64,000 bases of DNA from an uncultured Caulobacterales bacterium (GTDB lineage Bacteria; Pseudomonadota; Alphaproteobacteria; Caulobacterales; Maricaulaceae). Position 1 is the first letter of the stretch. Each line of letters begins with the position of its first letter. The notes under the pieces were generated by a model, which had not been told where the DNA came from, did no database searches, and saw only the letters and a program-made list of their open reading frames with translations. The position numbers and the translations under genes were made by a program. Of the stretch, positions 45,193 to 54,956 are shown in pieces. The stretch lies in the NCBI GenBank assembly GCA_964526675.1, contig CAZGLY010000009.1, positions 5,004 to 69,003 on the forward strand. The letters are read 5' to 3'.

Positions 45193-46368
45193 TTGGTGAA
45201 GACCCAACATGTCATGCGGCGCGCGGCGATCGCCTCCCTCGGCGGCGGCGCCGCGTTGATGCTCATCATCGCTGTGAGCTTCCAAGACAATCTCTTTCGC
45301 TATTGGCACAACCCGCGTGAGCCGTTCCAGACCGCCGCGCCGCCGGCCGCGCCCAATTATGCGCAGGCGGACGCGTGGGCGGTCCGTCCCTCGAAAGCGA
45401 CGCCTGACGCCGACCCACCGGACGGCGCGGCCCCGACGCCGGCGGTCTTCTTCGTCCATCCCAGCACGTTCTGGGGCGTTTCGGCCTGGAACGCGCCGTT
45501 GGACCAACCGCACGCCGTGCGGCGGCTCGATCATTGGGCGCTGCCCACATTCGCCGGCCCGTTCTTGGAGGTCGCGCCCGTGTGGGCGCCGCGGTATCGG
45601 CAAGCCTCGCTCTATTCGTTTTTGACCCACCATTATGACGCGCGCCGCGCCCGCGCGCTGGCGTATGAAGACGTGGCGCAGGCGTTCAGGGCGTTCTTGG
45701 CGGCGATCCCCAAGGACCAGCCCATTGTCATCGCCGGCGTGGAACAAGGCGGGCTGCACGCGCTGGGACTGCTGCAGCACAGGGCGCGCTCGCGCGCGGT
45801 GCGGCGCCGCTTGGTCGCCGCTTATGTGATTGAGCAGGCCACGCCGCTGGACCTCTTCAACGGCCCGATCGCGCCCATCGCGCCGTGCGCGGAGCCGGAC
45901 GCGGTCGGTTGCGTCGTGGCGTGGGGCGCCGAACGCGAAGAGGATCCGCGCGAAATCCGTCGGTTCCGCCGCCGCTCCATGGCGTGGGACGCCGATGGGC
46001 GGCTTGAAGCGACGGCCGATCGCGCGCTCTTGTGCGTCAACCCCGTGCTCGGCGCGGCGACGGAAGACTTCGTGTCGCGCCGCAACCACCGCGGCGCCGT
46101 CAACGCCTCCGGGTTTTCGCTTGAGGCCCTGGCGCGCCACGCCGCCCCGCCGGCGGCCGCCGCCCAAACCAGCGCCCAGTGCCGCGACGGCGTGCTGTTG
46201 GTGGACGAACCGCGCGCGCCCACGCTGCGTGAGCGGTGGCGTTGGGGGGGACGCTTTAAGCCGCCGAGCACCAACCTCTTCTACGCCGACATCAAAGCGG
46301 ACGTGGCCCGCCGCATGGCGGCGTTCGCCGCCGCGCGCGAGGCTGAACGCGCCTCCGAGGCTCCCTAG
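45193..46368 (+). CDS. DUF3089-like (alpha/beta-hydrolase-like) protein
   Basis: 391-aa ORF with an N-terminal anchor. It has the segment AVFFVHPSTFWG and a later IVIAGVEQGGLHAL (nucleophile-elbow-like). The family assignment is from memory. Confidence 0.55.
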   Translation: MVKTQHVMRRAAIASLGGGAALMLIIAVSFQDNLFRYWHNPREPFQTAAPPAAPNYAQADAWAVRPSKATPDADPPDGAAPTPAVFFVHPSTFWGVSAWNAPLDQPHAVRRLDHWALPTFAGPFLEVAPVWAPRYRQASLYSFLTHHYDARRARALAYEDVAQAFRAFLAAIPKDQPIVIAGVEQGGLHALGLLQHRARSRAVRRRLVAAYVIEQATPLDLFNGPIAPIAPCAEPDAVGCVVAWGAEREEDPREIRRFRRRSMAWDADGRLEATADRALLCVNPVLGAATEDFVSRRNHRGAVNASGFSLEALARHAAPPAAAAQTSAQCRDGVLLVDEPRAPTLRERWRWGGRFKPPSTNLFYADIKADVARRMAAFAAAREAERASEAP

Positions 46369-46390
46369 ACGATGGACTGAGCGGCCGCGC

Positions 46391-47851
46391 TCAACGCGAC
46401 AAACGCTCGATGATGGCGCTGGTCGAGCGCTCCGGCGTCAGCGGCGCCAGCACCAGCTCCGCGCCCAGCGCCCGCGCGGTCTCCGCCTCGGGCACTTGGT
46501 CCGGCGTTCCGTAGTCGCCGCCTTTGACGTAGACGTCCGGCCGCACCGCCTCCAACAGCGCCGTGGCGGTGTCGTCCCCGAAAATCACCACGAGATCCAC
46601 GGCGCTCAACGCCGAGACCAACCAGGCGCGATCCGTTTGCGGCGTGACCGGGCGCCCTTCGCCCTTCAGCCGTCGCACGGAGGCGTCGTCATTGATCCCC
46701 ACCACCAACCGATCGCACAGCGACCGCGCGCGGTTGAGCATCGCGACATGGCCCGCGTGCAGCAAATCAAAGCAACCGTTGGTGACGCCGATGCGCGCCC
46801 CCTCCGCGCGCCAGCGGGCCACTTCGTCGCTCGCTCCAGGCACGTCGGTGATCGGCGCGCCCGCGATCGCGCGGCCATAGGCGTCCGCGATCAACTCCTG
46901 GGCGGTGACGCTGGCCGTGCCCATCTTGGTCACCGTGATGCCCGCCGCGCGGTTGGAGACGTTGATCGCCTGGCGCAAGGGCGCGCCGGCCGCGACCGCC
47001 AGAGCCAACGCCGCCATCGCGGTGTCGCCAGCGCCGGAAATGTCATACACGTCCCGCGGCGTGGCGCTGAAAAACGACGGCTCATGGCCGCGCCGCAAGA
47101 GCGCCATCCCCTTTGCGCCGCGCGTCGCCAGCACGACTTCGAGGTTTTGCGTGCGATCCATGACGGTGTTCATCGCCGCTGCGACCTCGGCATCCGTGTC
47201 GCACGGCGCGCCCACTTCCGCCTGCAGGTCGTGCACATTGGGCTTCAGCAGATACACGCCGTCATAACGGGCGAAATCCTCCCCCCGGGGCGAGGCGATC
47301 ACAGGCTTCACAGCCTTCGCCGCCATATCGATCACCCCGCGGATGACCCGCGGCGTCATGACGCCGCGACCATAATCCGACAGCACCACCACGTCGCAGT
47401 CGCCGACCGCGCTGGCCATGGCCGCCAGCACCTGCTCCTCCGCCTCGGCCCCAATGGACGTGTCAGGATCCCGATCGACACAGAGCACTTGCTGCGCGTC
47501 CGCGATGTAGCGCGTTTTGACCGGCGTCGCGCGGCCGCGCGCGGTGATCAGCTCCACGTCGTCAAGCGCGCCCTCGGCCAGGAGGCTCGACACCCCATGC
47601 CCCTCGGCGTCATCGCCGACAACGGCCAACAGGATCGCGCGACCGCCAAGGGCCGTGACGTTGCGCGCGACATTGCCGCACGCGCCGAGCTTCAGCTCGT
47701 CATGGCGCTGCTTGATGACCGCCACCGGCGCTTCGCGGGAGATCCGCGCGGCCTGGCCGTAGACGAAACGGTCGAGAATGAGATCGCCCACGCACAACAC
47801 GCGCTTGCCGGCGATCTGGGCGGTGAGTTCTTCAAGAACGGCTGCGGTCAT
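46391..47851 (-). CDS. hldE: bifunctional D-beta-D-heptose 7-phosphate kinase / heptose 1-phosphate adenylyltransferase
   Basis: 486-aa ORF with an N-terminal pfkB-type kinase (VLCVGDLILDRFVYG; GAGDT). The C-terminal cytidylyltransferase reads GVTNGCFDLLHAGHV. Confidence 0.92.
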   Translation of the reverse strand: MTAAVLEELTAQIAGKRVLCVGDLILDRFVYGQAARISREAPVAVIKQRHDELKLGACGNVARNVTALGGRAILLAVVGDDAEGHGVSSLLAEGALDDVELITARGRATPVKTRYIADAQQVLCVDRDPDTSIGAEAEEQVLAAMASAVGDCDVVVLSDYGRGVMTPRVIRGVIDMAAKAVKPVIASPRGEDFARYDGVYLLKPNVHDLQAEVGAPCDTDAEVAAAMNTVMDRTQNLEVVLATRGAKGMALLRRGHEPSFFSATPRDVYDISGAGDTAMAALALAVAAGAPLRQAINVSNRAAGITVTKMGTASVTAQELIADAYGRAIAGAPITDVPGASDEVARWRAEGARIGVTNGCFDLLHAGHVAMLNRARSLCDRLVVGINDDASVRRLKGEGRPVTPQTDRAWLVSALSAVDLVVIFGDDTATALLEAVRPDVYVKGGDYGTPDQVPEAETARALGAELVLAPLTPERSTSAIIERLSR

Positions 47852-48078
47852 GCGCCATCGGTATCCGGCTTATCGTCCTCGGACGCAAGACGCCACACGA
47901 TCACGCCGCTCACCAAAACCGCGACCAGGACGACCATCACGAAGGCGAGCGCGAAAGCCAAAGGCCAACCGCTCGCGACACCGAAGACGACCGCGCCGAT
48001 CGCGACCGACACCAACACGGCGTTCCAGATGACCACAGCTTTGCGTGCCGGGTTCATGCCCCGTCCCTCGTGCGTCAT
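47848..48078 (-). CDS. small two-helix membrane protein (hypothetical)
   Basis: 76-aa ORF with two hydrophobic helices. Its stop overlaps the hldE start (ATGA at 47851..47848). It is wedged between kdsA and hldE on the same strand. Confidence 0.4.
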   Translation of the reverse strand: MTHEGRGMNPARKAVVIWNAVLVSVAIGAVVFGVASGWPLAFALAFVMVVLVAVLVSGVIVWRLASEDDKPDTDGA

Positions 48079-48086
48079 GGCCCGCG

Positions 48087-48971
48087 TCAGGGCTGCGTCC
48101 GTGATTTCGCAAGCGCGTCAAACGCCATCAAGGTCGAGACCAGCGCCTCAAACTCATGCAAGGGGATCATGTTCGGCCCGTCCGAAGGCGCGTTGTCGGG
48201 ATCCGGATGGGTCTCCATGAAGATCCCCGCGACGCCGATCGCGGCCGCCGCGCGCGCCAGCGGCGCCACGAATTCGCGCTGGCCGCCGGAGACGCCGCCG
48301 CGGCCCCCCGGCTGCTGCACGGAATGGGTGGCGTCAAAGATCACCGGCGCGCCGAAGTCCGCCATGATGGGCAGGGACCGGAAGTCCGTCACGAGGGTGT
48401 TGTAGCCGAAGCTCGCCCCGCGCTCGCAGACCATGACGTTGGGGTTGCCCGCGCCGACAATCTTGTCGACGACGTTTTTCATGTCCCACGGCGCCAGGAA
48501 CTGGCCTTTTTTGACGTTGATCGCCGCGCCGGTTGCGGCCGCCGCGACCAGGAGATCCGTCTGCCGGCACAAAAACGCCGGGATCTGCAGCACATCCACC
48601 ACCTCAGCCACCGGCGCGCACTGCTCCGGCAGATGGATGTCCGTGATCACGGGCAAGCCCACGCTCTCACGGATTTCCGCAAACACCGGCAACGCCGCGT
48701 CGAGCCCGACGCCGCGGGCGCTTGTCGCGCTGGTGCGGTTGGCTTTGTCGAAGGAGGTTTTGTAGACCAACCCCACGCCGAGCCGCTCCGCAATCTCCTT
48801 CAGGGCGTGCGCCGTCTCCAGCGCGTGCGCGCGGCTTTCCATCGCGCATGGCCCCGCGATAAGCGCCAACGGCGCATCCTGGCCAAACCGCGCCGGCCGG
48901 GCGAGGTCGGCGCCGACCTCAATGACGGCGCGGGGACGGTCGAGGGCCGGCGGATCAAGCGTGAGGGTCAA
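48087..48971 (-). CDS. kdsA: 3-deoxy-8-phosphooctulonate (KDO-8-P) synthase
   Basis: 294-aa ORF with [37 protein letters not shown] and DATHSVQ. Confidence 0.93.
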   Translation of the reverse strand: MTLTLDPPALDRPRAVIEVGADLARPARFGQDAPLALIAGPCAMESRAHALETAHALKEIAERLGVGLVYKTSFDKANRTSATSARGVGLDAALPVFAEIRESVGLPVITDIHLPEQCAPVAEVVDVLQIPAFLCRQTDLLVAAAATGAAINVKKGQFLAPWDMKNVVDKIVGAGNPNVMVCERGASFGYNTLVTDFRSLPIMADFGAPVIFDATHSVQQPGGRGGVSGGQREFVAPLARAAAAIGVAGIFMETHPDPDNAPSDGPNMIPLHEFEALVSTLMAFDALAKSRTQP

Positions 48972-49120
48972 GGAGCGCTCCTGGGTTTGAGGACATGAGG
49001 ACTGTTTTAATGCCGCGCGATCGCAAACGAAAGACGCGCCGCGTCGCCAGCCGCGGCGCCTCAGAGCACCCGCGAAGTGGACCTTTCAGCGCAGATCGGC
49101 CTTGATGACAGCGCGGATGC

Positions 49121-49147
49121 TGATCCGCAGGCGGTCGCGGCGCGTAA
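49121..49147 (+). promoter_or_regulatory. ECF sigma-E (RpoE/ChrR-type) promoter-like motif TGATCC-N16-CGTAA upstream of phrB operon
   Basis: TGATCC is at 49121..49126, the spacer is exactly 16 nt, and CGTAA is at 49143..49147. The motif ends 34 nt before the phrB ATG. Confidence 0.6.
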
Positions 49148-49180
49148 CCGGGCGGTGGATGCGATGACGAAAGAGTGTGC

Positions 49181-50653
49181 ATGAGCGCCCAACGCGTGGA
49201 GCATGACGGCCAAGCGCCCGCCCTGATCTGGCTGCGGGACGATCTGCGTTTGGCGGACAATCCGGCGCTTAACGCGGCCGTTGTCAGCGGCCGGCCGGTG
49301 GCGGGCCTCTATGTGCTCGACGACGACAATCCCGGCGAATGGACCCTCGGCGGCGCGGCGCGGTGGTGGTTGCACGGCAGCTTGGAGGCGTTCGCGAAGG
49401 CCTGGGCGGCGCGGGGCGGCGGTCCGCTTGTTTTGCGGCGCGGTCGCGCGCAGGACGTCGTCCCCGCCGTCGCGCGCGAACTCCGGGCCGCCAGCGTGTT
49501 TTGGAACCGCCGTTACGAACCCTGGGCGACGGCGGTCGACACGGCGGTCAAAGCCACGCTGAAGGCCCAAGGCGTGGCGGCGGAGAGTTTCGCGGGGCGG
49601 CTGTTGTTCGAGCCCTGGGAGATCAAGACCGGCGGGGGCGAGCCCTATCGCGTCTTCACGCCGTTTTGGCGCGCGTGTCAGACGGCCGGACTGCCCGACG
49701 AGCCCGCGCCCGCCCCGGCGCGGATCCGCGGCTGGAACGGCGATGTGGCCGGCGATGCGCTGGAGGCTTGGGCGCTGCGTCCGACGCGGCCGGATTGGGC
49801 GGGCGGTCTGCGCGCCGCCTGGACGCCCGGGGAAGACGCCGCGCGGGCGCGACTGGACGCGTTCTTGGACGCGCGGCTGGCCGCCTACGCCGAGGCGCGC
49901 GACATCCCGAGCGCGCCTGGCACCTCGCGCCTGTCGCCGCACTTGCATTGGGGCGAGATCAGTCCACGCCAGATCGTCAACGCGGCGCGACGCGCGACGG
50001 AGGCTCACGGCCTGGAGGCGGCGGCGGCGAAGTTCCTCAGCGAAATCGGGTGGCGGGAGTTCAGCGCGTCGCTGCTTTACCACAATCCCGACGTTCCCGG
50101 CCGCAACCTGCAGGCCAAATTCGACGCGTTTCCCTGGCGAACCGATGAGGGCGCGGTGGAGGCGTGGGAGCGCGGGCGCACCGGCTATCCCATTGTCGAC
50201 GCGGGGATGCGGGAGCTTTACGCCACGGGGTGGATGCACAACCGGGTGCGCATGATCGTCGGTTCGTTCTTGGTGAAGCACTTGTTGATCGATTGGCGCG
50301 CCGGCGAACGTTGGTTCTGGGACACGCTCGTGGACGCCGACCTCGCCAACAACGCCGCCGGCTGGCAGTGGATCGCGGGATGCGGCGCGGACGCCGCGCC
50401 CTATTTCCGGATCTTCAATCCCGTCGCCCAGGGCGAACGCTACGATTCCGACGGGGCCTACGTCCGGCGTTGGGTTCCTGAGCTCGCCGGCTTGCCGAAC
50501 CGGGTCATTCACAAACCCTGGGACGCCCCGGCGGCCGTGCTGGCGGAGGCGGGCGTGACGCTCGGCGACGCGTATCCCCGCCCGATCGTTGAGCACAAAG
50601 CCGCGCGCGAACGCGCGCTGGCGGCGTTCCAAACGCTCAAAGCCGCCGCCTGA
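49181..50653 (+). CDS. phrB: class I CPD deoxyribodipyrimidine photolyase
   Basis: ATG 49181 follows AAGAG (the ORF track starts at GTG 49175). It has LIWLRDDLRLADNPAL, SRLSPHLHWGEIS, TGYPIVDAGMREL..GWMHNRVRM and ANNAAGWQW. Confidence 0.9.
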   Translation: MSAQRVEHDGQAPALIWLRDDLRLADNPALNAAVVSGRPVAGLYVLDDDNPGEWTLGGAARWWLHGSLEAFAKAWAARGGGPLVLRRGRAQDVVPAVARELRAASVFWNRRYEPWATAVDTAVKATLKAQGVAAESFAGRLLFEPWEIKTGGGEPYRVFTPFWRACQTAGLPDEPAPAPARIRGWNGDVAGDALEAWALRPTRPDWAGGLRAAWTPGEDAARARLDAFLDARLAAYAEARDIPSAPGTSRLSPHLHWGEISPRQIVNAARRATEAHGLEAAAAKFLSEIGWREFSASLLYHNPDVPGRNLQAKFDAFPWRTDEGAVEAWERGRTGYPIVDAGMRELYATGWMHNRVRMIVGSFLVKHLLIDWRAGERWFWDTLVDADLANNAAGWQWIAGCGADAAPYFRIFNPVAQGERYDSDGAYVRRWVPELAGLPNRVIHKPWDAPAAVLAEAGVTLGDAYPRPIVEHKAARERALAAFQTLKAAA

Positions 50654-50678
50654 CGCCGCATCACCGAGGACGCCCGCC

Positions 50679-52010
50679 ATGGATCGAAAACGGATCGCGA
50701 TTGTCGGCGCCGGCGCGGCGGGCCTGGGGGCGGCCTACGCGCTGCAAGACGTGGCCGATGTGGAGGTGTGGGAGGCGCGCGGCCGCGCCGGCGGCCACGC
50801 CAACACTGTGGACATCACCTATGACGGCGCGCCGATCGCGGTGGACACTGGCTTCATCGTCTTCAACGACGGCAACTACCCCAACCTTGTCCAGATGTTC
50901 GACGCGCTGGGCGTCGCGTCGTTTGCGAGCGACATGAGCTTCGGCTTCGCCAATCCCGGCAAGGACGGCGGGGCGGGCCTTGAGTGGAGCTCCAACCGCG
51001 AGGGCCTGTTCGCCCAACGGCGCAATCTGGCGAACCCACAGTTTTTGGGCATGCTGCGGGAAGTGCTGCGCTTTAACCGTCTGGCGCGCGCCGACCTGCG
51101 GGGCGGACGCCTGGGCGAGGAGACGCTGGACGCCTACCTCAACCGCCATCGGTTCAGCCCAGCTTTTCGCATGCATTACCTCCTGCCGATGGGCGCGGCG
51201 ATCTGGTCCAGCACGCCGAAGGCTATGGCGGAACAGCCGGCGGCCACAGTCATCCGCTTCTTCGACAATCACCGCCTGATGCATGTGAAACGGCGACAGT
51301 GGCGCACGGTTGAGGGCGGCAGCCGCGCCTATGTCCGCGCCATCACGGACCAGTTGGGGGCGCGCCTTAAAACCGGGCGCGAGGCTGTGAACCTCTCGCG
51401 CGCCGGCGCGCGGCCCGTGCTCACGGACGCGGACGCGGAGACCGCGACCTTTGATGAGGTCATCCTTGCGTGCCACTCCGATCAAGCGCTCAAGCTCATC
51501 GCCGACCCCTCCAAGGAAGAACAGGCGCTGCTGGGCGCCATCCGATACGCCGCGAACCAGGCCGTGTTGCATCGCGACCCGGTCGTGCGGCCCAAGGCGG
51601 CGCGGGCCCAGGCGGCCTGGAACTACCGGATCGATCCCGCCGGCGGCCCCGCGCAAGTGACCTACGACATGAACCGGCTGCAAGGGATCGACGCCGCGCG
51701 ACCGCTTTATGTCACGCTGAACCCCCACCAAACGTTTGATCCGGAGCTCGTGTTCAGCGAGCACGCCTACGACCACCCACAGTTCGACAGCGCCGCCATC
51801 GCCGCACAACAGCGCTTCAACAGCGTCCAAGGCGTGCAGCGGACGTGGTTCGCCGGCGCGTGGCTCGGCTATGGCTTCCACGAGGACGCCTTGCGGTCCG
51901 GTTTGCGGGTGGCGCTGAGGCTCGGCGGGCGGATCCCGTGGGACTTCGCGGAAGGCGACGTGGATGGCGGGCCCTGGGGACCGCGGCCGGTGGAAACGGC
52001 GGCCGCGTGA
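50679..52010 (+). CDS. FAD-dependent (amine-oxidase-like) oxidoreductase
   Basis: Internal ATG 50679 gives MDRKRIAIVGAGAAGLGAAYAL, a dinucleotide-binding fold. It is the conserved partner of DUF1365 and cfa. Confidence 0.85.
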   Translation: MDRKRIAIVGAGAAGLGAAYALQDVADVEVWEARGRAGGHANTVDITYDGAPIAVDTGFIVFNDGNYPNLVQMFDALGVASFASDMSFGFANPGKDGGAGLEWSSNREGLFAQRRNLANPQFLGMLREVLRFNRLARADLRGGRLGEETLDAYLNRHRFSPAFRMHYLLPMGAAIWSSTPKAMAEQPAATVIRFFDNHRLMHVKRRQWRTVEGGSRAYVRAITDQLGARLKTGREAVNLSRAGARPVLTDADAETATFDEVILACHSDQALKLIADPSKEEQALLGAIRYAANQAVLHRDPVVRPKAARAQAAWNYRIDPAGGPAQVTYDMNRLQGIDAARPLYVTLNPHQTFDPELVFSEHAYDHPQFDSAAIAAQQRFNSVQGVQRTWFAGAWLGYGFHEDALRSGLRVALRLGGRIPWDFAEGDVDGGPWGPRPVETAAA

Positions 52011-52852
52011 TGCAAAACGGCTTATCCGAACCCGCGGCGCGGCTTTACACCGGGCGCACGACGCACGCACGCCACGAGCCCTTTGACCATCGCTTCAGCT
52101 ACCGCATCGCGTCGCTGTGGATCGACGTCGATCGCCTCCCCGAGGCTGATCGCCAAGCGCGCCTGTTTTCGATCGACCGCTTCAACGTGTTCAGCTTCCA
52201 CCGGCGCGACCACGGCGCGCGTACGGACGGGCCCCTGCGGCCCTGGGCGGAGGCGGCGTTTGCGCGTGCGGGCGTGGCCTTGGAGGGCGGACCGATCCGC
52301 TTGCTCTGCTTCCCCCGCGTTCTGGGGTATGTGTTCAATCCCTTGTCGATCTGGTTCGGCTGCGGACCCGACGGGACGCCGCGCGGCGTGATTTACGAGG
52401 TGCACAACACCTTCGGCGACCAGCACGCCTACGCCGCCGCGCTGCCGAGCGCCGCCGCGGAAGGACCCGCCGCTCACGCCGCCTCGAAGATCTTCCACGT
52501 CTCCCCGTTTTTTCCGGCTCAGGGCCAATACCGCTTTGCGCTGCGCCCGCCTGGGGAACGCTTCGCGCTGGCGATCCGTTACATCCTCGAGGGTCGCGAG
52601 GCGTTCGTCGCGACCCAGACGGCCCGGCGCGGACCGCTGACCGACGCGACGTTGGCCAAGGTGTTCGTCGGCATGCCGCTGATGACGCTGAAGGTGATCG
52701 GCGCGATTCACGGCGAAGCGCTGCGCCTGGTGATGAAGGGCGCCCGCTATCACCGCCGACCCGCGCCACCGGCGCCGGTCAGCGTGGCGGCATCGGAACC
52801 GGCGAGCGCGGGTCTGCTGGCGACGCCTGACGGCCCGTGCCGGTCGGTCTAA
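52010..52852 (+). CDS. DUF1365 family protein
   Basis: ATG 52010 shares its A with the upstream TGA. The N-terminus LYTGRTTHARHEPFDHRFSYRIASLWIDVDRL is typical of DUF1365. Confidence 0.8.
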   Translation: MQNGLSEPAARLYTGRTTHARHEPFDHRFSYRIASLWIDVDRLPEADRQARLFSIDRFNVFSFHRRDHGARTDGPLRPWAEAAFARAGVALEGGPIRLLCFPRVLGYVFNPLSIWFGCGPDGTPRGVIYEVHNTFGDQHAYAAALPSAAAEGPAAHAASKIFHVSPFFPAQGQYRFALRPPGERFALAIRYILEGREAFVATQTARRGPLTDATLAKVFVGMPLMTLKVIGAIHGEALRLVMKGARYHRRPAPPAPVSVAASEPASAGLLATPDGPCRSV

Positions 52853-52905
52853 TTGTTGAGAACGCTGCGGGGATTGTGTTGCGGCGGTGTGAAGGGGACC
52901 CCCCA

Positions 52906-54141
52906 ATGAGTGACGCGTCGACCATGATTGCAACACCCGAAAGCGTGAGCGCGCTCAGCGGCGCTCCCTTGCCGTTCAAGCTGGCCGCGCGTGCGGCGCT
53001 GCGGTTTCGCGTGGGCAGCCTGCTGGTGACGCTGCCCGATGGCCGCAAATTGCGCTTTCAAGGCGAAGAGCCCGGCGCGGAAGGGCACATGATTTTGCGG
53101 AACTGGCGGCTGGGCCGGCGGATCTTGGCGAGCGGCGCGCTCGGCTTCGCGGAAAGTTACATCGCCGGCGATTGGGACAGCGATGACTTGGCCCAGACCT
53201 TGGCGGTGTGGTCGCAGAATTTGGACGGCGCGCGCGCGGAACTCGCTGGCGACAAGCTTGTGCGCGCGTGGCACCGCCTTCAGCACCTGTTGCGCCGCAA
53301 CACGCCGGCGGGGTCGAAGCGCAACATTCTCGCCCACTATGATCTCGGCAATGACTTTTACCGGCTGTGGCTGGACGACACGATGACGTACTCGTCCGCG
53401 CTCTTTGAGGAGCCCGGCGACAGCCTTGAGCGCGCCCAAGACGCCAAATACCGCTCGATGGCGGATCAATTGGAGCTGAACGAGCGCCACAGCGTGCTGG
53501 AGATTGGCTGCGGCTGGGGCGGCTTCGCCGAGTACGCGGCGCGCGAACGCGGCGCGCGCGTGACCGGCGTCACGATCAGCCCGGCGCAGTACGACTACGC
53601 AAAAAAGCGCATCTTTGAGAAGCAGTTGGCGCACAAAGTCGACATCCAACTGATGGACTACCGTGAGGTGGAAGGACGCTTCGACAAAGTGGCGTCCATT
53701 GAAATGTTCGAAGCGGTGGGCGAACGGTATTGGTCGACCTTCTTCGAAAAAATGGTTGAATGCCTCAAACCCGGCGGCGGCGCCTCCCTGCAGGTCATCA
53801 CGGTGCGCGAAGACCTGTTCAAGTCCTACCGCCGACAAGTTGATTTCATCCAACGACACATCTTCCCCGGCGGCATGCTGCCTTCGGTGTCGCGTTTGCG
53901 GGGGGAAGCGACGAGCGCCGGCTTGACGTGGCGCGGCGCGCGCATGTTCGGCGGCGATTACGCGGGCACCTTGCGGGCGTGGGGCGAGCGTTTCCAAGCG
54001 GCGTGGAGCGATGTGCGCGCGCTCAACGCCGGCTTCGACGACCGGTTCCAGCGGCTGTGGCGCTATTACCTCGCTTATTGCGAAGCCGGTTTCGACACGG
54101 GGCGCATTGATGTGGGGCAGTTCACCCTGACGAAGGCCTAG
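52906..54141 (+). CDS. cfa: cyclopropane-fatty-acyl-phospholipid synthase family methyltransferase
   Basis: ATG 52906. It has HYDLGNDFYRLWLD, the SAM motif VLEIGCGWGGFA and SIEMFEAVG. Confidence 0.9.
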   Translation: MSDASTMIATPESVSALSGAPLPFKLAARAALRFRVGSLLVTLPDGRKLRFQGEEPGAEGHMILRNWRLGRRILASGALGFAESYIAGDWDSDDLAQTLAVWSQNLDGARAELAGDKLVRAWHRLQHLLRRNTPAGSKRNILAHYDLGNDFYRLWLDDTMTYSSALFEEPGDSLERAQDAKYRSMADQLELNERHSVLEIGCGWGGFAEYAARERGARVTGVTISPAQYDYAKKRIFEKQLAHKVDIQLMDYREVEGRFDKVASIEMFEAVGERYWSTFFEKMVECLKPGGGASLQVITVREDLFKSYRRQVDFIQRHIFPGGMLPSVSRLRGEATSAGLTWRGARMFGGDYAGTLRAWGERFQAAWSDVRALNAGFDDRFQRLWRYYLAYCEAGFDTGRIDVGQFTLTKA

Positions 54142-54931
54142 CGTTGTCGGGCAGAGGCTTCGCCCAGCCCGTCTGACGCGCCACCAGCGGCAGATACCAG
54201 TTCTTCGGCAACGCGTAGATCATCTTCAGCATCAGCGTGAATTGCTTCGGGAAGGTGATCTCGAACGTGTTGCGTTTGAGGCCGCGGTGGATGCGTTCGG
54301 CCGCTTCGTCGGCCGAAATCATGAACGGTTTGGGGAACGCGTTGTCGTCCTGGGCCGGCGTCTCCACAAAGCCGGGGGTGATCACTTGAACTTTCACGCC
54401 CCACCGGTCGAGTTCGATCTTCATGCATTCCGCCATGTTGATCAGCGCCGCCTTTGACGCGCCGTAGGCCGACGCGGTCGGCATGCCCCCAAACCCGGTC
54501 GCGGACGAGACGATGGCGATGTGGCCGCGCCGGCGCCCGGCCATCAGCGGGTTGAGCGCCGCCAGCGCCGCCGCCGTGCCCAACAGATTGACGTCGAAGG
54601 TTGTCTTGAACCGCGCGAGGTCCGGCGCCTCCGCGTTCACCGGCAGATAGACGCCCGCATTGAGCACCGCCAAGGCGATGGGGCCCAACCGCGCTTCGAT
54701 GGCGGCGACCGTCTGACCAACCGCCTCCACGTCGCCCATGTCGGCGGGAAACGACACGATGCGGCCGTCGGCCCCCGCCGCCAGAGCGTCGAGCTTGTCG
54801 CGGGAGCGCGCGGTGATCGCGACCGTCCACCCGTCGGCGACCAAGCGTTTCACGAGCTCCAGGCCGATGCCCGAGCTGGCGCCCGTGACCCAAGCCACCC
54901 CGTCGGCGGGCGTTGGCGTCTGCGGTGTCAT
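54122..54931 (-). CDS. SDR family oxidoreductase
   Basis: Internal ATG 54931. It has TGASSGIGLEL (TGxxxGxG), NAG and YGASKAA (YxxxK). Its 3' end overlaps the cfa 3' end by 20 nt (convergent). Confidence 0.85.
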   Translation of the reverse strand: MTPQTPTPADGVAWVTGASSGIGLELVKRLVADGWTVAITARSRDKLDALAAGADGRIVSFPADMGDVEAVGQTVAAIEARLGPIALAVLNAGVYLPVNAEAPDLARFKTTFDVNLLGTAAALAALNPLMAGRRRGHIAIVSSATGFGGMPTASAYGASKAALINMAECMKIELDRWGVKVQVITPGFVETPAQDDNAFPKPFMISADEAAERIHRGLKRNTFEITFPKQFTLMLKMIYALPKNWYLPLVARQTGWAKPLPDNARPSSG

Positions 54932-54956
54932 GGCGTTCTCCCAGACCAGAGGGGTG

